Below are positions 48,201 to 57,985 of a stretch of 64,000 bases of DNA, in pieces. The DNA is from Candidatus Latescibacterota bacterium. GTDB taxonomy: Bacteria > Latescibacterota > UBA2968 > GCA-2709665. Positions within the stretch are counted from its first letter, which is position 1. The number at the start of each line of letters is the position of its first letter. Location of the stretch: assembly GCA_965208835.1 (NCBI GenBank), contig OZ242358.1, forward strand, positions 4,064,001 through 4,128,000, given 5' to 3'. Position numbers and translations under genes: made by a program. The notes beneath the pieces are model-generated. The model saw only the letters and a program-made list of their open reading frames with translations, did not search any database and was not told the DNA's origin.

Positions 48201-51033
48201 CTCTCAAGAACGCGGCAAACAGGCGGTCGTTCAGAAAGTCGTTGGTTATGACAGCCGCGAGTGCTGACGCCGAGATATACGCGATCGCGCCGCCGTCCGC
48301 CTTCCCGGTCATTTCCTCCGCCAGGCACGTGAATCTGGGATCCGAAAAACGACCATTCAGGCAGGACAATGCCACGACGATCGGCAAACGGTCCGCATTG
48401 ACGATCTGACGCATATAGTTATAGCTTCTTCGTTGCGAACTTCCTCTCAGGAACCGCGCCATTCCCGAGACGCTTCCGTGCCCCAGGAAATTCACCAGCA
48501 GCCGCCCCTCGTTGATTTGCCGGATGACTTTACCCGTGTCCTCATTGGGTTCAGGTCCGATATCCTCATCGTTGTAAACCTTGAAAGATTCCAATCCCAG
48601 CGGCTCGGCGTAGTTCGCCGACAACCGGTCGCTGGGGGACGTGAAGATGGACAACGGATTGTAGTTTGCCATAAACAGCGCCCTGTCCCGCCACCGGTCA
48701 TTCGGCGCGTGGTCATAGGCTACGATTTTACGGACCAGGGCCGCCGCCCCCCGTCGAGTAGCCACCGGAAGTCGGCCCACGAATACATCCTGGAACAGAT
48801 CGTCCTCTGAACCCGCGACCGCGCCGAAAAAGTGGTCCGTATATGTCAGCCCCCTTCTTACGGACTGGAAAGGAAGCGAGGGAACAACGGACATGGCCAC
48901 GTGCCGCTCCACGACGGATTCTTCAAAGTTGCGCCGGTAATCGAAACTATCCGGGCCGAATAGCAGAAGATAGGTTGGCCGCAACGTCCAGTTTTCGAAG
49001 GCGTATCGCATGAATCGACGGATTGCCCGCGGCTCGAACTGCCCAAAGGAGAACGCGTCGTAGATATCCATAACGTCCACGACCTGAACCTGCAGTCCTC
49101 GTCCTCGCCTGTGATCCGCCAGGCGCTCCGCCGCTTCGCGAAACCGCGGATGGACAACAATTGCGTAGTCTGCACCCTCCTGCCCGAACGCCGGCACCCT
49201 GGCCGCCTCTCCGGCGGGCGCCCTTGGGATAGCTTCTGAATCCATCGCGACAAACCGCCCGGATACGGCCGGCAGTTCGAATCTGGCCTGAAATCCCCCA
49301 TCCCGTGGCGTCACCTGAACGTGCTGGATCCTTCGTGCTCCGGCGAGGTCGTAAACGGACACGTCGGCCGTCCGAAAACCCGAAATGGAGAAATCCCGGC
49401 CTTCTTCGGTTTCATCAGGTTCGAACTCCAGCTTGCCTTCTACGCACTCGAACCTGCGGGTATAGGTGACTTCCACCCAGTTGAGCAGAACGTGTTCGAT
49501 GTAGTCGGCCGGAAAATCCGCGGCTCCCGGCGTCGCGAGCGTCACCCGGATCGTATCGCCTAGTTCCGACGCCGGCACCGCCCCTTCGGCGACAAACGCG
49601 CGCTTCCCGTCCCACCGGTCGTCGGCCAGAACCGTTCCGCCGGGAAGCCGAACGACCGTGCGATGATCGGGTTCGAACAATCGTCTGAAGGTCAATCCGT
49701 GCATGCCAACCCTGATGTGGGCCGTCGTTGCCGGGGTACGGTCCAACCCGGGCAATGCCACGGGCACGGTCACGGGATACTCGCTCACGTTTTGAAGACC
49801 GGTACCAGGCCTGCCCGGCGAGCCGGTTCGCCCCCAGAACCAGTGGTCTCGATTCTCGTCAGGAGCGCCTCCGAGCGGATCGTAAAGCGAATCGACCTCG
49901 GCATGCACCCTATGCGTGAACAGAGTGGCCGGTTGGTATTCGCTCCCGGGCGACCCGTCCACCTCCTCAAAACGCAGGCCGGGTCTGCCGTCAAGCGTGA
50001 GCCAGTATACCTGTTCGCGTCCCAGTTCATGTTCGAAATTCCGATCCGGCGCACGTCTGTACTCCCCGTAGAATATCGCCTCCCCTCCCTCTCCGGGCAC
50101 ACCGTCTCCATCGTTCCGAACGTCTACGGGTATCTCCTGACCGTTGAGAAAGACCTTCAGTCGTTCCAGGTCTCCCGTCTGCAGGGCAATGCCCGCATCG
50201 GCGAACCAGTCCGCGTCCAGCCGATAAAGCCCGTTATCCTTTATCCGGATCTTGTAGTATTCGGCCGCCGGATCCAGGTTTTCCGAGATCCGTGGCTTTC
50301 GAAGCCCGTCGTCCTGTTCGGCCCGTCCCCTCCAGGGCCGCGCCTGATCCGCATTCAACAATGAGGTCTCGTAGAATTCCTCGAACCCACCGCCGGAGCC
50401 TTCGGCAGAAGGCGAAACCCCAATGGAACCCTCGTCACGTACGAACCGTACGCGCACCCGAAGCTTGCGGGCGATGCGAAGCTGCTGCCGTGCCGGGTTG
50501 TACTGTATCGGCCTTAAGGATATTCCGGCAACCCGCTGGTCCCGCATGACGCCGATGCGAGAAACCACGGCCTGCTCCTCAGGATAGAGGCCATCGGTGG
50601 CGTAAAAATCCACATCCGGCTCGTAAACCTCGACTTCCGTCTCGAACTCCCCCCGACCAGTCGACCGGGACCGCGGCGCCGGCATAAGCAGCACCCCCGA
50701 AATCTCTTCGAACTCCACTCCCACAACCGTAACCGCGATTCGCGCCCCGAAAGGCACACCCAACAACGTCCCTCGCACGGGCACCGCCGGAAGCCCTGGT
50801 TCGGGCAACCACATTCCACCGGGCAATTGAACCTGAGTGTAGGCAACACCGTCAAGATGGACGGTTCGAAGCTGATAGTCCGAACCGTCGACCTCGATCT
50901 CGACTGCGTCCGCTTCCGTCCGTACCAGTCGCGGCTCGCCTCCGTAGGTCCCGGGCGTTACGTGAGGGATCAGGAGCATCAGAGCGAAAAACGCACACGC
51001 TTGTAAGAAACGCGCTGACATGATCGTTACCAT
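45253..51033 (-). CDS. Peptidase C25 (gingipain / PorU-like) with propeptide, CARDB domains, propeller-like region and FlgD-Ig CTD
   Basis: Propeptide EPGLPAVP...PIQYNP; YKIRIKDNGLYRL; DIYDAFSFG; YLLLFG; VGRLP; catalytic NFLGHGS and ALSCLNG; LIGDP; NVPNP...WDVRD..G..LANGVYLY CTD. Start 51033 or 51021. Confidence 0.88.
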   Translation of the reverse strand: MVTIMSARFLQACAFFALMLLIPHVTPGTYGGEPRLVRTEADAVEIEVDGSDYQLRTVHLDGVAYTQVQLPGGMWLPEPGLPAVPVRGTLLGVPFGARIAVTVVGVEFEEISGVLLMPAPRSRSTGRGEFETEVEVYEPDVDFYATDGLYPEEQAVVSRIGVMRDQRVAGISLRPIQYNPARQQLRIARKLRVRVRFVRDEGSIGVSPSAEGSGGGFEEFYETSLLNADQARPWRGRAEQDDGLRKPRISENLDPAAEYYKIRIKDNGLYRLDADWFADAGIALQTGDLERLKVFLNGQEIPVDVRNDGDGVPGEGGEAIFYGEYRRAPDRNFEHELGREQVYWLTLDGRPGLRFEEVDGSPGSEYQPATLFTHRVHAEVDSLYDPLGGAPDENRDHWFWGRTGSPGRPGTGLQNVSEYPVTVPVALPGLDRTPATTAHIRVGMHGLTFRRLFEPDHRTVVRLPGGTVLADDRWDGKRAFVAEGAVPASELGDTIRVTLATPGAADFPADYIEHVLLNWVEVTYTRRFECVEGKLEFEPDETEEGRDFSISGFRTADVSVYDLAGARRIQHVQVTPRDGGFQARFELPAVSGRFVAMDSEAIPRAPAGEAARVPAFGQEGADYAIVVHPRFREAAERLADHRRGRGLQVQVVDVMDIYDAFSFGQFEPRAIRRFMRYAFENWTLRPTYLLLFGPDSFDYRRNFEESVVERHVAMSVVPSLPFQSVRRGLTYTDHFFGAVAGSEDDLFQDVFVGRLPVATRRGAAALVRKIVAYDHAPNDRWRDRALFMANYNPLSIFTSPSDRLSANYAEPLGLESFKVYNDEDIGPEPNEDTGKVIRQINEGRLLVNFLGHGSVSGMARFLRGSSQRRSYNYMRQIVNADRLPIVVALSCLNGRFSDPRFTCLAEEMTGKADGGAIAYISASALAAVITNDFLNDRLFAAFLRDGVREFGAGLAVAKAALDTRFPELRTLTLGIQLIGDPAQELAILPNPDFALDSGSLKVERMTQLTVEDSVRIAIRLENAGITPRTGPAVLLVDRNLDRGVVDTLFAGVFPAFGQSDSTAVMWRLAGRSGRHLLALTADPDDEIPELDEANNHVEVELYVAGGLAAVPTMPRQSQVVPASAVQLAVRVGTVAQETYGEFEVSGSPSFDGPGVIRSGPVAGREGLVLWKAAELAPGTYFWRIRVREADEFGAWSAVMEFTAQPAAPEREVVWRQDAVRAFRSAEGTDVRLADSAVSRVVDPPPLRLNAATREEAFAAEGVRGTGVLCTDGAYLYVNRFYSPTAVYPGTDIFERIGTGFRGTRAGQNYGVLAETPVLGVSATFHGDGFIYADNRRGRELARISPSTGVVDRVQVPDGLMEFRTGLVFDGHSLITSDGTYIYNLAAAVDGVQRSGWSVRVFDPSNDWRLEREFTVAPTETGFAYLVTDGVIADGKYLYLVEFGTGLTHRVRVVDARNGEFVEEYDSDQAETDILTGQYDWINNKVWMGQLNGPTIYRYAGKSLPPYGTLLSEPIGPAGAWHALTLDVRAAAGGRAEMDILGASPKGGFAPLAEWTGVAAEGGINLGDLKVDRIRVRVRLFGEELRPSAGLTGWQIRYRPQSDLVLSGLNAAPLEVDELEPVRLTVQARNMGPLNLVPGAVVAFYSGAPESGRLIGRAPVPEETPVGETTSVSLVWNTARFAGTNVVTARLEDLSGRRSYYVRETTADETVEVHPSDDRTGPELDLIALDAAGEVRVDDYLPSTPKFSAVFRDSSGIDARSVRIVLKGLDDELSDVLTSDRVSDRKEDRTSLGFTWSPRLDDGRYTLSVSGTDQLGNGPAEKSMAFQVSSELAIERVLNVPNPTADATEFTYILSRPAEVVIRIFTVSGRLIRILEDAPGRAGYNQVRWDVRDADGHLLANGVYLYTVTADDGRKRVRVKERLIVYR

Positions 51034-52724
51034 CGTTCGTTTCGGAGTTGTAATCTGCCGGTCCCGCCCGTGTCAAATATCACCACGCGGTCGTGGGTGC
51101 CCGTTTTGAGTACAAACTCGGCCTGTGTTGGGCCGTGAAACCGGGATTCGCCCCACTTCTTTCGTATGACCCCGGGGCCCAACCGCTTGCCGTTCGACCC
51201 ATACAGCAATCCGGCGTCCGCCTGTCCATGCGCCGAGAAATAGCCCCCGTTCCTGATTTCGATCCGCCAGTGCGCCGGACCCAGCCGCGTCACTTCGGTC
51301 TCAAATCCGCCGGGATCCGTAAGCCAGCAATGGTTCACGGCAACCACCGGGGTTTCCGATCCGCCGCGGACCGCCAACGCGTTGTGCAACCCGAATGCGT
51401 ACAGCGGTATCTCTCCGAGGCTACCCGACGGACTCAGAGCCGAAGGTACGTTCAGAACGTAGAGTGTTCCTCGGCTTTGCTGCGTAAGCGGCGCCAGGTT
51501 ATCCAGAACGCTCTCACTCAGGACAGAAGCTTCCCGCCAGAACCACCCCTCACGGGCAAGCACCAGGCCGTAATAGCCGATCAACGTTGCCAGAAGCAGG
51601 TTCCTGCAGCGCAGGACGGCCCGCCGGTCCGACTGCCAGGAAGCCCATACGTTCGCAATCGCAATGCAGAAAAACACGGAAGGCAGGTAGAGATACCACC
51701 GGTGAACCCTTCCCAGGACCGGCGCCAGGCTGGCCAGGGTCAGCCCGCCAAGGTACAACGTGTCCCGAAGCGCCTTGCGCGGCCGTCCGGACAACCAGAA
51801 CACGACGGCCGTCGCCGCCAGCAGGACAGCGCCGAAAAGCGGGAAGTCGGTCATCCCCATTTTCGCACCTGACTTGAGCAGGTCCAGGCCAAGCCCGGGC
51901 AGTGTCAGGTTTCGGTCAGGAATCCCGGAAAGTATCCCGCCCAGGACGATCCAACGCACAGACAGGTAGATTCCCATGGCAACGGCACAGCACACAAGCG
52001 CCCTGCGCGCGTTCAAGGAACGTACCGTCCTGTCGTAACAGAACAGGATCAACAGTACAACGGGCAGGGACAGTGCCATTTCCTTGGAAAAAAGAGCCAG
52101 CAGGGAACACAGGCCCGCACCCGCCAGCCGCCCCGGAGACTGGCGTTCCCGGTCGGCCAGAAACAGAAGCAGGGCGGAGAGGTAGAACAGCGCACAGACG
52201 GAGTCGGTGCGGCCCACAATCCAGAAAACCGTATCCGCATGGACGGGTAACACTAAGAAAAGAAAGAGCGCCGTCCAGGCGGCCAGGGCCCCGTTCAGCA
52301 GCCGCCGTGCCAGCAGATAGACAAGAACTCCGCAAAAGCAGTGGATCAATACGTTTACAATGTGATATGGAAGCGGATCGTAATCCGCAAACAGAAAGGT
52401 GCCGTAAAGCGTCAGGGTGACAACCGGACGATAATATCCACCGGCGCCGGCGAGCCCCGTCCAGCTGGTGGTGAGGATCGATTGTATCCCCTCCTCGCAC
52501 AGACGGAGGTGCCCCCAGTCGTCGTCCAGCAGTGACACGCCCGAAGACAGCCAGACGATCAAAGCCGCGATCAACCCGAACGACAGACAACCTGCGCAGA
52601 TCCATCCGATGGAACCGTGGTCCCGCAAGGCGCGACTCCCAAATAAAAAAACCGGCGTACGGCCAGCCCCGTCCGTTCCGACACTCGGGTTCGGACGGTC
52701 TAACGCCAGTTGACGACTTCTCAT
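51027..52724 (-). CDS. Integral membrane GT-C superfamily glycosyltransferase (TMTC/PMT-like)
   Basis: DD motif, YYRPV, YHIVNVLIH, PVHADTVFWIVGR, ALFSKE, RWYLYLP. Start uncertain; the listed ORF start at 52892 lies within a MITE. Confidence 0.7.
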   Translation of the reverse strand: MRSRQLALDRPNPSVGTDGAGRTPVFLFGSRALRDHGSIGWICAGCLSFGLIAALIVWLSSGVSLLDDDWGHLRLCEEGIQSILTTSWTGLAGAGGYYRPVVTLTLYGTFLFADYDPLPYHIVNVLIHCFCGVLVYLLARRLLNGALAAWTALFLFLVLPVHADTVFWIVGRTDSVCALFYLSALLLFLADRERQSPGRLAGAGLCSLLALFSKEMALSLPVVLLILFCYDRTVRSLNARRALVCCAVAMGIYLSVRWIVLGGILSGIPDRNLTLPGLGLDLLKSGAKMGMTDFPLFGAVLLAATAVVFWLSGRPRKALRDTLYLGGLTLASLAPVLGRVHRWYLYLPSVFFCIAIANVWASWQSDRRAVLRCRNLLLATLIGYYGLVLAREGWFWREASVLSESVLDNLAPLTQQSRGTLYVLNVPSALSPSGSLGEIPLYAFGLHNALAVRGGSETPVVAVNHCWLTDPGGFETEVTRLGPAHWRIEIRNGGYFSAHGQADAGLLYGSNGKRLGPGVIRKKWGESRFHGPTQAEFVLKTGTHDRVVIFDTGGTGRLQLRNERW

Positions 52725-52805
52725 ATGTCGGATCGCGTCTCGCGAGCCGGAGGGGTGACTCCGGGCGCTACCGCAACCCTGGCGCGTGAACGCCGGGGAA
52801 GATGC

Positions 52806-52970
52806 AGTGTTCTGTCCCGGAAATAGGTTGCCTAAATTCGACCGTTGGGTCGCCCGGCTCGCAAGGCGCCTGAGCGCGGGCGACCTGCGCAAGGTCGGCG
52901 AGCGAAGACAACGCCGCGAGACGGGATGAATCGGGGGTCGAATGGTGAGGTATTTTCGGGATAGGACACT
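52806..52970. mobile_element. MITE family 3, copy 1 (165 bp)
   Basis: TIRs AGTGTTCTGTCCCGGAAATA / TATTTTCGGGATAGGACACT; direct copy at 55285-55449. Confidence 0.8.
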
Positions 52971-53943
52971 ATGATTCGAAATAATTGATGATGCGCCGAA
53001 GGGTGTTGTCTAGGCTCATTTTCGGCTCGTAGTCCACGAACGATCTGATTTTGGAAAGATCCGGCACCCGATAGTTGAGGTCTTCGTACGATCCCTTTGC
53101 GAATGCCTTGTCGTAAGGCACGAATTCGACAGGGGCATCGCTTTCCGTCAGTGACTTGACTTTTTGTGCCAGATTGACAATGCTGGTTTCGTTGGTCTCG
53201 ACATTCCCGCCCAGATTGAAAATTTCACCCGGCGTGTCGGGATGTTCGGCCAGCGCAACCAGGCCGTCCAGAGCGTCTTCGATATCGGTAAAGCAGCGCC
53301 GCTGTTCCCCGTCGCCGTAAACGGTAATGGGGTGGCCAAGGAGCGCCTGCTTGACCATTCTCGGTACGACCATCCCGTAGTCCCCGGTCTGTCTGGGGCC
53401 AATAACGTTGAAGAACCGAACAATGAGCATCGGCAGTTTCTTTTCACGCCAATAGGACAGGCCCAGCATCTCGTCCACTGCCTTTGTCGTGGAGTAGATC
53501 CAGCGGTCGACAGTAATGGGACCGAGCAGCCGATCGTCGTTTTCCTGGAAAGAAACCTTGCCGTTCTTTTTCCCGTACACCTCGGACGTTGACGCGAGCA
53601 TGACGCGCTTCTTGTCTTTATTGGCGAGTTCCAGGACAATTTCGGTTCCGCGGATATTGGTTGTCAGGGAATGCAGCGGATTGTCAATGATGTAATTCAC
53701 ACCCACCGCGGCGGCCAGATGATAGATCGTATCGCACCACTCCACCAGCGGACGCAGCGTCTCCGACTCGAGTATCGTGCCAACCTTTATGTTGAACCGC
53801 GCGTTGGACTCCAGGTGGTGAATATTGTTGTAATCTCCGGTGGAAAGATCGTCCAGTACGGCAACCTCGTCGCCACGTCTCAAATGCCGTTCGGCCAAAT
53901 GTGATCCAATAAACCCCGCCCCGCCGGTAATCAGCACCTTCAT
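52969..53943 (-). CDS. NAD-dependent nucleotide-sugar epimerase/dehydratase (extended SDR)
   Basis: ITGGAGFIGSHL, HLAAAVGV, ASTSEVYG, YSTTK, RFFNVIGPRQ. Confidence 0.93.
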   Translation of the reverse strand: MKVLITGGAGFIGSHLAERHLRRGDEVAVLDDLSTGDYNNIHHLESNARFNIKVGTILESETLRPLVEWCDTIYHLAAAVGVNYIIDNPLHSLTTNIRGTEIVLELANKDKKRVMLASTSEVYGKKNGKVSFQENDDRLLGPITVDRWIYSTTKAVDEMLGLSYWREKKLPMLIVRFFNVIGPRQTGDYGMVVPRMVKQALLGHPITVYGDGEQRRCFTDIEDALDGLVALAEHPDTPGEIFNLGGNVETNETSIVNLAQKVKSLTESDAPVEFVPYDKAFAKGSYEDLNYRVPDLSKIRSFVDYEPKMSLDNTLRRIINYFES

Positions 53944-55163
53944 GCGTACTTCCCTTCCCAGCAGTCACCCGGAGAACCGCCTCCGGCCCGCTTGTTTTCG
54001 GATAACTTATAATAGAGGTGGCTGAAATCTTGCGCCAATCGCGCTAACCCGTATGATTCAACGACCTTACGCCGCTCTTCGTCGGCAATTCCCCGCCGTT
54101 CCCGTAACGCTCGCAGTATCCCGCCGGTGAGCGCATCGGGGTCACCGGGCGCGACCATCAGGCCAATCCGTTCGCTACGAAGCAGATCGGGCACACCGCC
54201 CACCCTGGAGGCAACCACGTAACATCCGGAGGCCACCGACTCCAGCAACGCTACCGGCAATCCCTCGTGATGTGAAGACAGCACCGAAAGATCAAGGGAA
54301 CCATATATTCGCGCCATGTCGTTGCGAAAACCCGTAAACCGTACCCTGCCATTGAGCATTCGCGTACGCGCAATGGACTCGAGTTCTGCCCGCAGTTCCC
54401 CGTCGCCAATCACGACGAAACGGACATCCGGCACGACCCCGGCAACCTGTTCGGCGGCAGCCAGGAAGATGTCGACGCCCTTGATAGGCACAAGCCGCGC
54501 CACAATTCCGACAAGCCTTGTCGAAGCGCCGAAACCCAGTTCCTCGCGGAAACCCGCGTCGCATCGCCGGTGGTTCAGAAACGGCTCAAGATCCACGCCC
54601 AATGGAACGGTGCGAATGCGGGCAGGCGCCGCGATACGATCCGCCAGAAGTTCATCGCGTTGCAGTTCCGAGACGGCAACCAGGACATCGGTGCGACGGG
54701 CGAGCAGCCTCTCGACAAGCACGATCAGTCTGGTCTTCCAGGCCGAAAAATAGCCTCTGAAGACCAGGCCGTGAAACGTATGCAGCGTTACCGGTACTCC
54801 TGCCAGCCATGCCGCGATTCGACCGACAACGCCTGCCTTCGACTTGTGAGTGTGGACAATCGCCGGGCGAACACGTCTCAACAAACGATACAGCGCGACG
54901 AGCACCATGAAATCGCGAATCGGAACAATCGCACGGCTGAACCCCCGAACCTCCAGAGGTTGAATTCCGGAACGACGGATAACGTCTTCCATTTCGGCTT
55001 CGCCGGGCGCCACCTGGCCCTTGACCACAATGGAACGATATCCCCGTGTTTCCAGCGCCCGGGAAAGAAAGAGCAGATAGGGCGTAGGCCCGCCAACGTT
55101 AAGACGATCGATAATTTGAACCAGTTGAATCGGCGAACGCGCGCGGGATGGATCCGCTGGCAA
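53940..55163 (-). CDS. Glycosyltransferase family 4
   Basis: IDRLNVGG, HTHKSKAG, VARLVPIKG, EGLPVALLE, VGGVPD; start approximate. Confidence 0.9.
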   Translation of the reverse strand: MPADPSRARSPIQLVQIIDRLNVGGPTPYLLFLSRALETRGYRSIVVKGQVAPGEAEMEDVIRRSGIQPLEVRGFSRAIVPIRDFMVLVALYRLLRRVRPAIVHTHKSKAGVVGRIAAWLAGVPVTLHTFHGLVFRGYFSAWKTRLIVLVERLLARRTDVLVAVSELQRDELLADRIAAPARIRTVPLGVDLEPFLNHRRCDAGFREELGFGASTRLVGIVARLVPIKGVDIFLAAAEQVAGVVPDVRFVVIGDGELRAELESIARTRMLNGRVRFTGFRNDMARIYGSLDLSVLSSHHEGLPVALLESVASGCYVVASRVGGVPDLLRSERIGLMVAPGDPDALTGGILRALRERRGIADEERRKVVESYGLARLAQDFSHLYYKLSENKRAGGGSPGDCWEGKYA

Positions 55164-55284
55164 GCCGACTCCACAGATGGAACCACCACGATCGGATTGG
55201 ATAAACGGGCTCCGACGCCGGAATCAGCGATTCAAATATACACACCCTGTGATAAACCGGCAATGTAAAAGTTAATTTGCAATT

Positions 55285-55449
55285 ATTGTTCTGTCCCGGA
55301 AATAAGTTGCCAAAATTCGGCCGTCGAGTCGCCCGTCTCGCAAGGCGCCAGAGCGGAGGCGACCTGCGTAAGGTCGGCGAGCGAAGGCAACGCCGCGAGA
55401 CGGGATGAATCGGCGGCCGAATGGTGAGATATTTTCGGGACAGGACATT
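55285..55449. mobile_element. MITE family 3, copy 2 (165 bp)
   Basis: Same length and orientation as 52806-52970. Confidence 0.8.
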
Positions 55450-55543
55450 GATAAGTGAATCGAATAAATGCGGGCGGGCGCCTGAGGCGCGCGCCGCGTT
55501 CGTTCGGCAGGCTCGCAATCGAAACAGGAGCGCCGATGTCCGC

Positions 55544-56632
55544 TCATGCCTGCGCCGGGGCTGCCGAATTCAGGATCCGCAACAGTCTCCTGCTGCTCCG
55601 ATTCAGGGAATAACGCGCTTCCATTCTTGCCCGTCCGGCCTTACCCAACCGATGCCGAAGCGCCCGATCCTGAATCAGCCGTTCGAGGCAGGACACCCAT
55701 TCGTCGTGGGTGCCTGCACAGAAACCATTGACGCCGTCTTCCACGATTTCGCGGTTAATGCCCACCGGGCTGCTCACGGCCGGAATACCCAACGAGAGGT
55801 ATTGCAACAGCTTGTACCCCCCCTTTCCCCGGGTCCACGGATCGTCGGGCAGAGGCATCAGACCGATATCAATGCCGCGCAGGTCCTGAACCTCGGTTTC
55901 CAGAGACCAGGGGCGCCATTCCATTGGCACGGCATTCGTGTGAAAACCGCCTTCGCCGATCAGGCAGAGCCGGAGATTGTGGTGCCGGACGCCCAACTCG
56001 GCCAGAGGCCCACGGATGAGTTCCAGATACGGGGCGGACGTATAGCTCCCAATCCAGCCGAGAACCACGCCTTCGCACTCCTCGACCGCTCTGCCGGGTG
56101 AATACCGCTCCGTGTCAATCGGTCCGGTGATGATCGATACCCTGGGGCAATATCGTTCAGCATACGCGGCCGTGTAGGTGTTTTCGACGAGAGCCCTGGA
56201 CGCGGCGCGAAGCATTCTTGCCAACCCCCGCGAGTGGTGCCACGTTCGGAGCCGCGCCATCCAGTCTTCACCGGGTGCCTCGGTGGTAAAAATCGCGTCG
56301 TCGAAATCGAAGATGACCTTCCTTGAAAACCGACGCAACAGCCAGGCAATGGGTGCACTGAAAAAAACCCGCTGTACAAACACGACGTGGTACCGGGGTG
56401 CAGACCGGAGGGTGCGCAACCCGGCCAGGAGCGAACACCACCACACCCAGGCATAGTGGACCAGGCGCCCGAATCCTCTCTTCGAGTATGTCCAGGTGGA
56501 TATCCGATCGGGCAAAACAATCGACACGTCGGCTTGTACGCCATTGGCCTTAAGGAAGGGGAGATAATCGAATACACGTGTACGGCTGGCGGCAAACCGG
56601 GGCCCGGTGAGCGCGACAAAAAAAACTCTCAA
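55544..56632 (-). CDS. Glycosyltransferase family 4
   Basis: ASRTRV, FDFDDAI, GWIGS, DIGLMPL...GKGGYKLLQY..GIP; TTG start with GGAG RBS. Confidence 0.9.
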   Translation of the reverse strand: MRVFFVALTGPRFAASRTRVFDYLPFLKANGVQADVSIVLPDRISTWTYSKRGFGRLVHYAWVWWCSLLAGLRTLRSAPRYHVVFVQRVFFSAPIAWLLRRFSRKVIFDFDDAIFTTEAPGEDWMARLRTWHHSRGLARMLRAASRALVENTYTAAYAERYCPRVSIITGPIDTERYSPGRAVEECEGVVLGWIGSYTSAPYLELIRGPLAELGVRHHNLRLCLIGEGGFHTNAVPMEWRPWSLETEVQDLRGIDIGLMPLPDDPWTRGKGGYKLLQYLSLGIPAVSSPVGINREIVEDGVNGFCAGTHDEWVSCLERLIQDRALRHRLGKAGRARMEARYSLNRSSRRLLRILNSAAPAQA

Positions 56633-56697
56633 GGCGGGAGGACTCCTTCAATATAAACACAGGATTTCAGGGAATCAATGGAAAACAGCGCGATTGG

Positions 56698-56843
56698 CAG
56701 TCCGTTGATAAAGCCGCTCTGCAGGCGAGGCCGAAGACAAGGCGCGCCACCGAGTCCCATCCTGCGATTCGGCGAGGGCGCGCAACGCAGTATTTCGACC
56801 GCAAGGGCCGGCCGCAGCCCGGATGGGCTCTTTCAACGGGCTG
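56698..56843. mobile_element. MITE family 2, copy 2 (inverted, shorter)
   Basis: Reverse-complement homologue of 45029-45188 with a small internal deletion. Confidence 0.75.
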
Positions 56844-56860
56844 TCAGGGGTAACCCGCAG

Positions 56861-57703
56861 TCAGGTTGCAAGCCACGATTCGGGTGAATGCCGATCGAGA
56901 AGATCGAACAACCTGCGGTTTTCTTCCTGATAGAGTCCGTGCAAATGTCGAAGGACCGGCTTGCTGGGAAGATAATCGCTCTCCGGCAGGAGGCGCCCGA
57001 GGACATTTGTCAACGGAGACAGGAACGGGAAATAATAGCGGGCTATCAGGTGTAATTTGCAACCGTTGAATCGATTGACCTTCTGCGCCATTCCCGAAAA
57101 CCGGAAAGCGTCGTCGATATCCAGAAAAGCACAGACCTTCTTCAAGCCCTCGTTCGGCCGTTGCACGATATCCTCTTCAAAGAAGAGTACCAGTATTTGA
57201 TCCCGTCTGAAGAGTTTCAGATAAGAGCTGAGCAATGTGAAGAACCGCCCCACCTCGAAAACTCCGAAACTGTCGAGCAGGGCGGATTTTTCGCCTGTTA
57301 GCAAATCGTCCATTCGATGCAGTGGAGAAATCCGGCCGGTCCTTATCAGATGCTTTACCGCTGAGACCGCCCGATCCACTGGATTCTTGAGGGTAACGAT
57401 CAGTTTCACGTCGGGCAGATGTCCGTGGATATGCCGGTGCACATCCGGCATGTGGCCTTCGCCTCCCCTTCCGTCGGCCCAGAAGTAATCCGGCGTTTTT
57501 TCACCCACACGTCTTCTGTCTTCCGCCCCTTCGAAATGACTGATATACCAGTCCATCCCCTTTTCGTAATTTCCGGCCTTGTCGAAGAAATGTATCTCCT
57601 GATCGGGCATGTACACATCGGGGTGCTGCCGCAGCATGGCGGCCAGCCACGTCGTGCCGCATTTCTGGGCGCCGATAATCAGGAAATCCGGCAATCGAGC
57701 CAT
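56861..57703 (-). CDS. PAPS-dependent sulfotransferase (heparan-sulfate ST-like family)
   Basis: 5'-PSB loop PDFLIIGAQKCGTTWL, EIHFFD, GEKTPDY, 3'-PB NPVDRAVS. Confidence 0.9.
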   Translation of the reverse strand: MARLPDFLIIGAQKCGTTWLAAMLRQHPDVYMPDQEIHFFDKAGNYEKGMDWYISHFEGAEDRRRVGEKTPDYFWADGRGGEGHMPDVHRHIHGHLPDVKLIVTLKNPVDRAVSAVKHLIRTGRISPLHRMDDLLTGEKSALLDSFGVFEVGRFFTLLSSYLKLFRRDQILVLFFEEDIVQRPNEGLKKVCAFLDIDDAFRFSGMAQKVNRFNGCKLHLIARYYFPFLSPLTNVLGRLLPESDYLPSKPVLRHLHGLYQEENRRLFDLLDRHSPESWLAT

Positions 57704-57727
57704 ATCCACATCCTTCCGGCCAGCTTA

Positions 57728-57945
57728 GAAGCTGTCTTAAAACCCCCGGCGGTCTTCGCGCGGCTGCAAAAGCCTCGGTCTGCGTTGGCCAAATCCACCC
57801 GTCCTACGAGATCGAGGCTGCGCTTGCTCGCCTCTCATAGGCGAATTTGCCCGTCGGCGCTGCGCGCCCCTCGCGCCCCTCGTGCCTCTGAACCGACACA
57901 TTTTCGCGCGCGCTAGGGACTCGCCGGGAATTTTAAAACAACCTC
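57728..57945. mobile_element. MITE family 4 (218 bp, IS5/IS1031-like ends)
   Basis: TIRs GAAGCTGTCTTAAAA / TTTTAAAACAACCTC flanked on both sides by TTA (target duplication). Confidence 0.7.
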
Positions 57946-57985
57946 TTAGAAAGCCCGTCCGGTCCGCGCCTGCAGATCGATTTTT

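Noticed and set aside
56618-56625. Homopolymer tracts (A8 at the GT4 5' end, A8 at 59111, T8 near 30193, A10 at 44964) as phase-variation switches
   Set aside because: The tracts are short, the genes are in frame, and there is no evidence of length variation from a single sequence.
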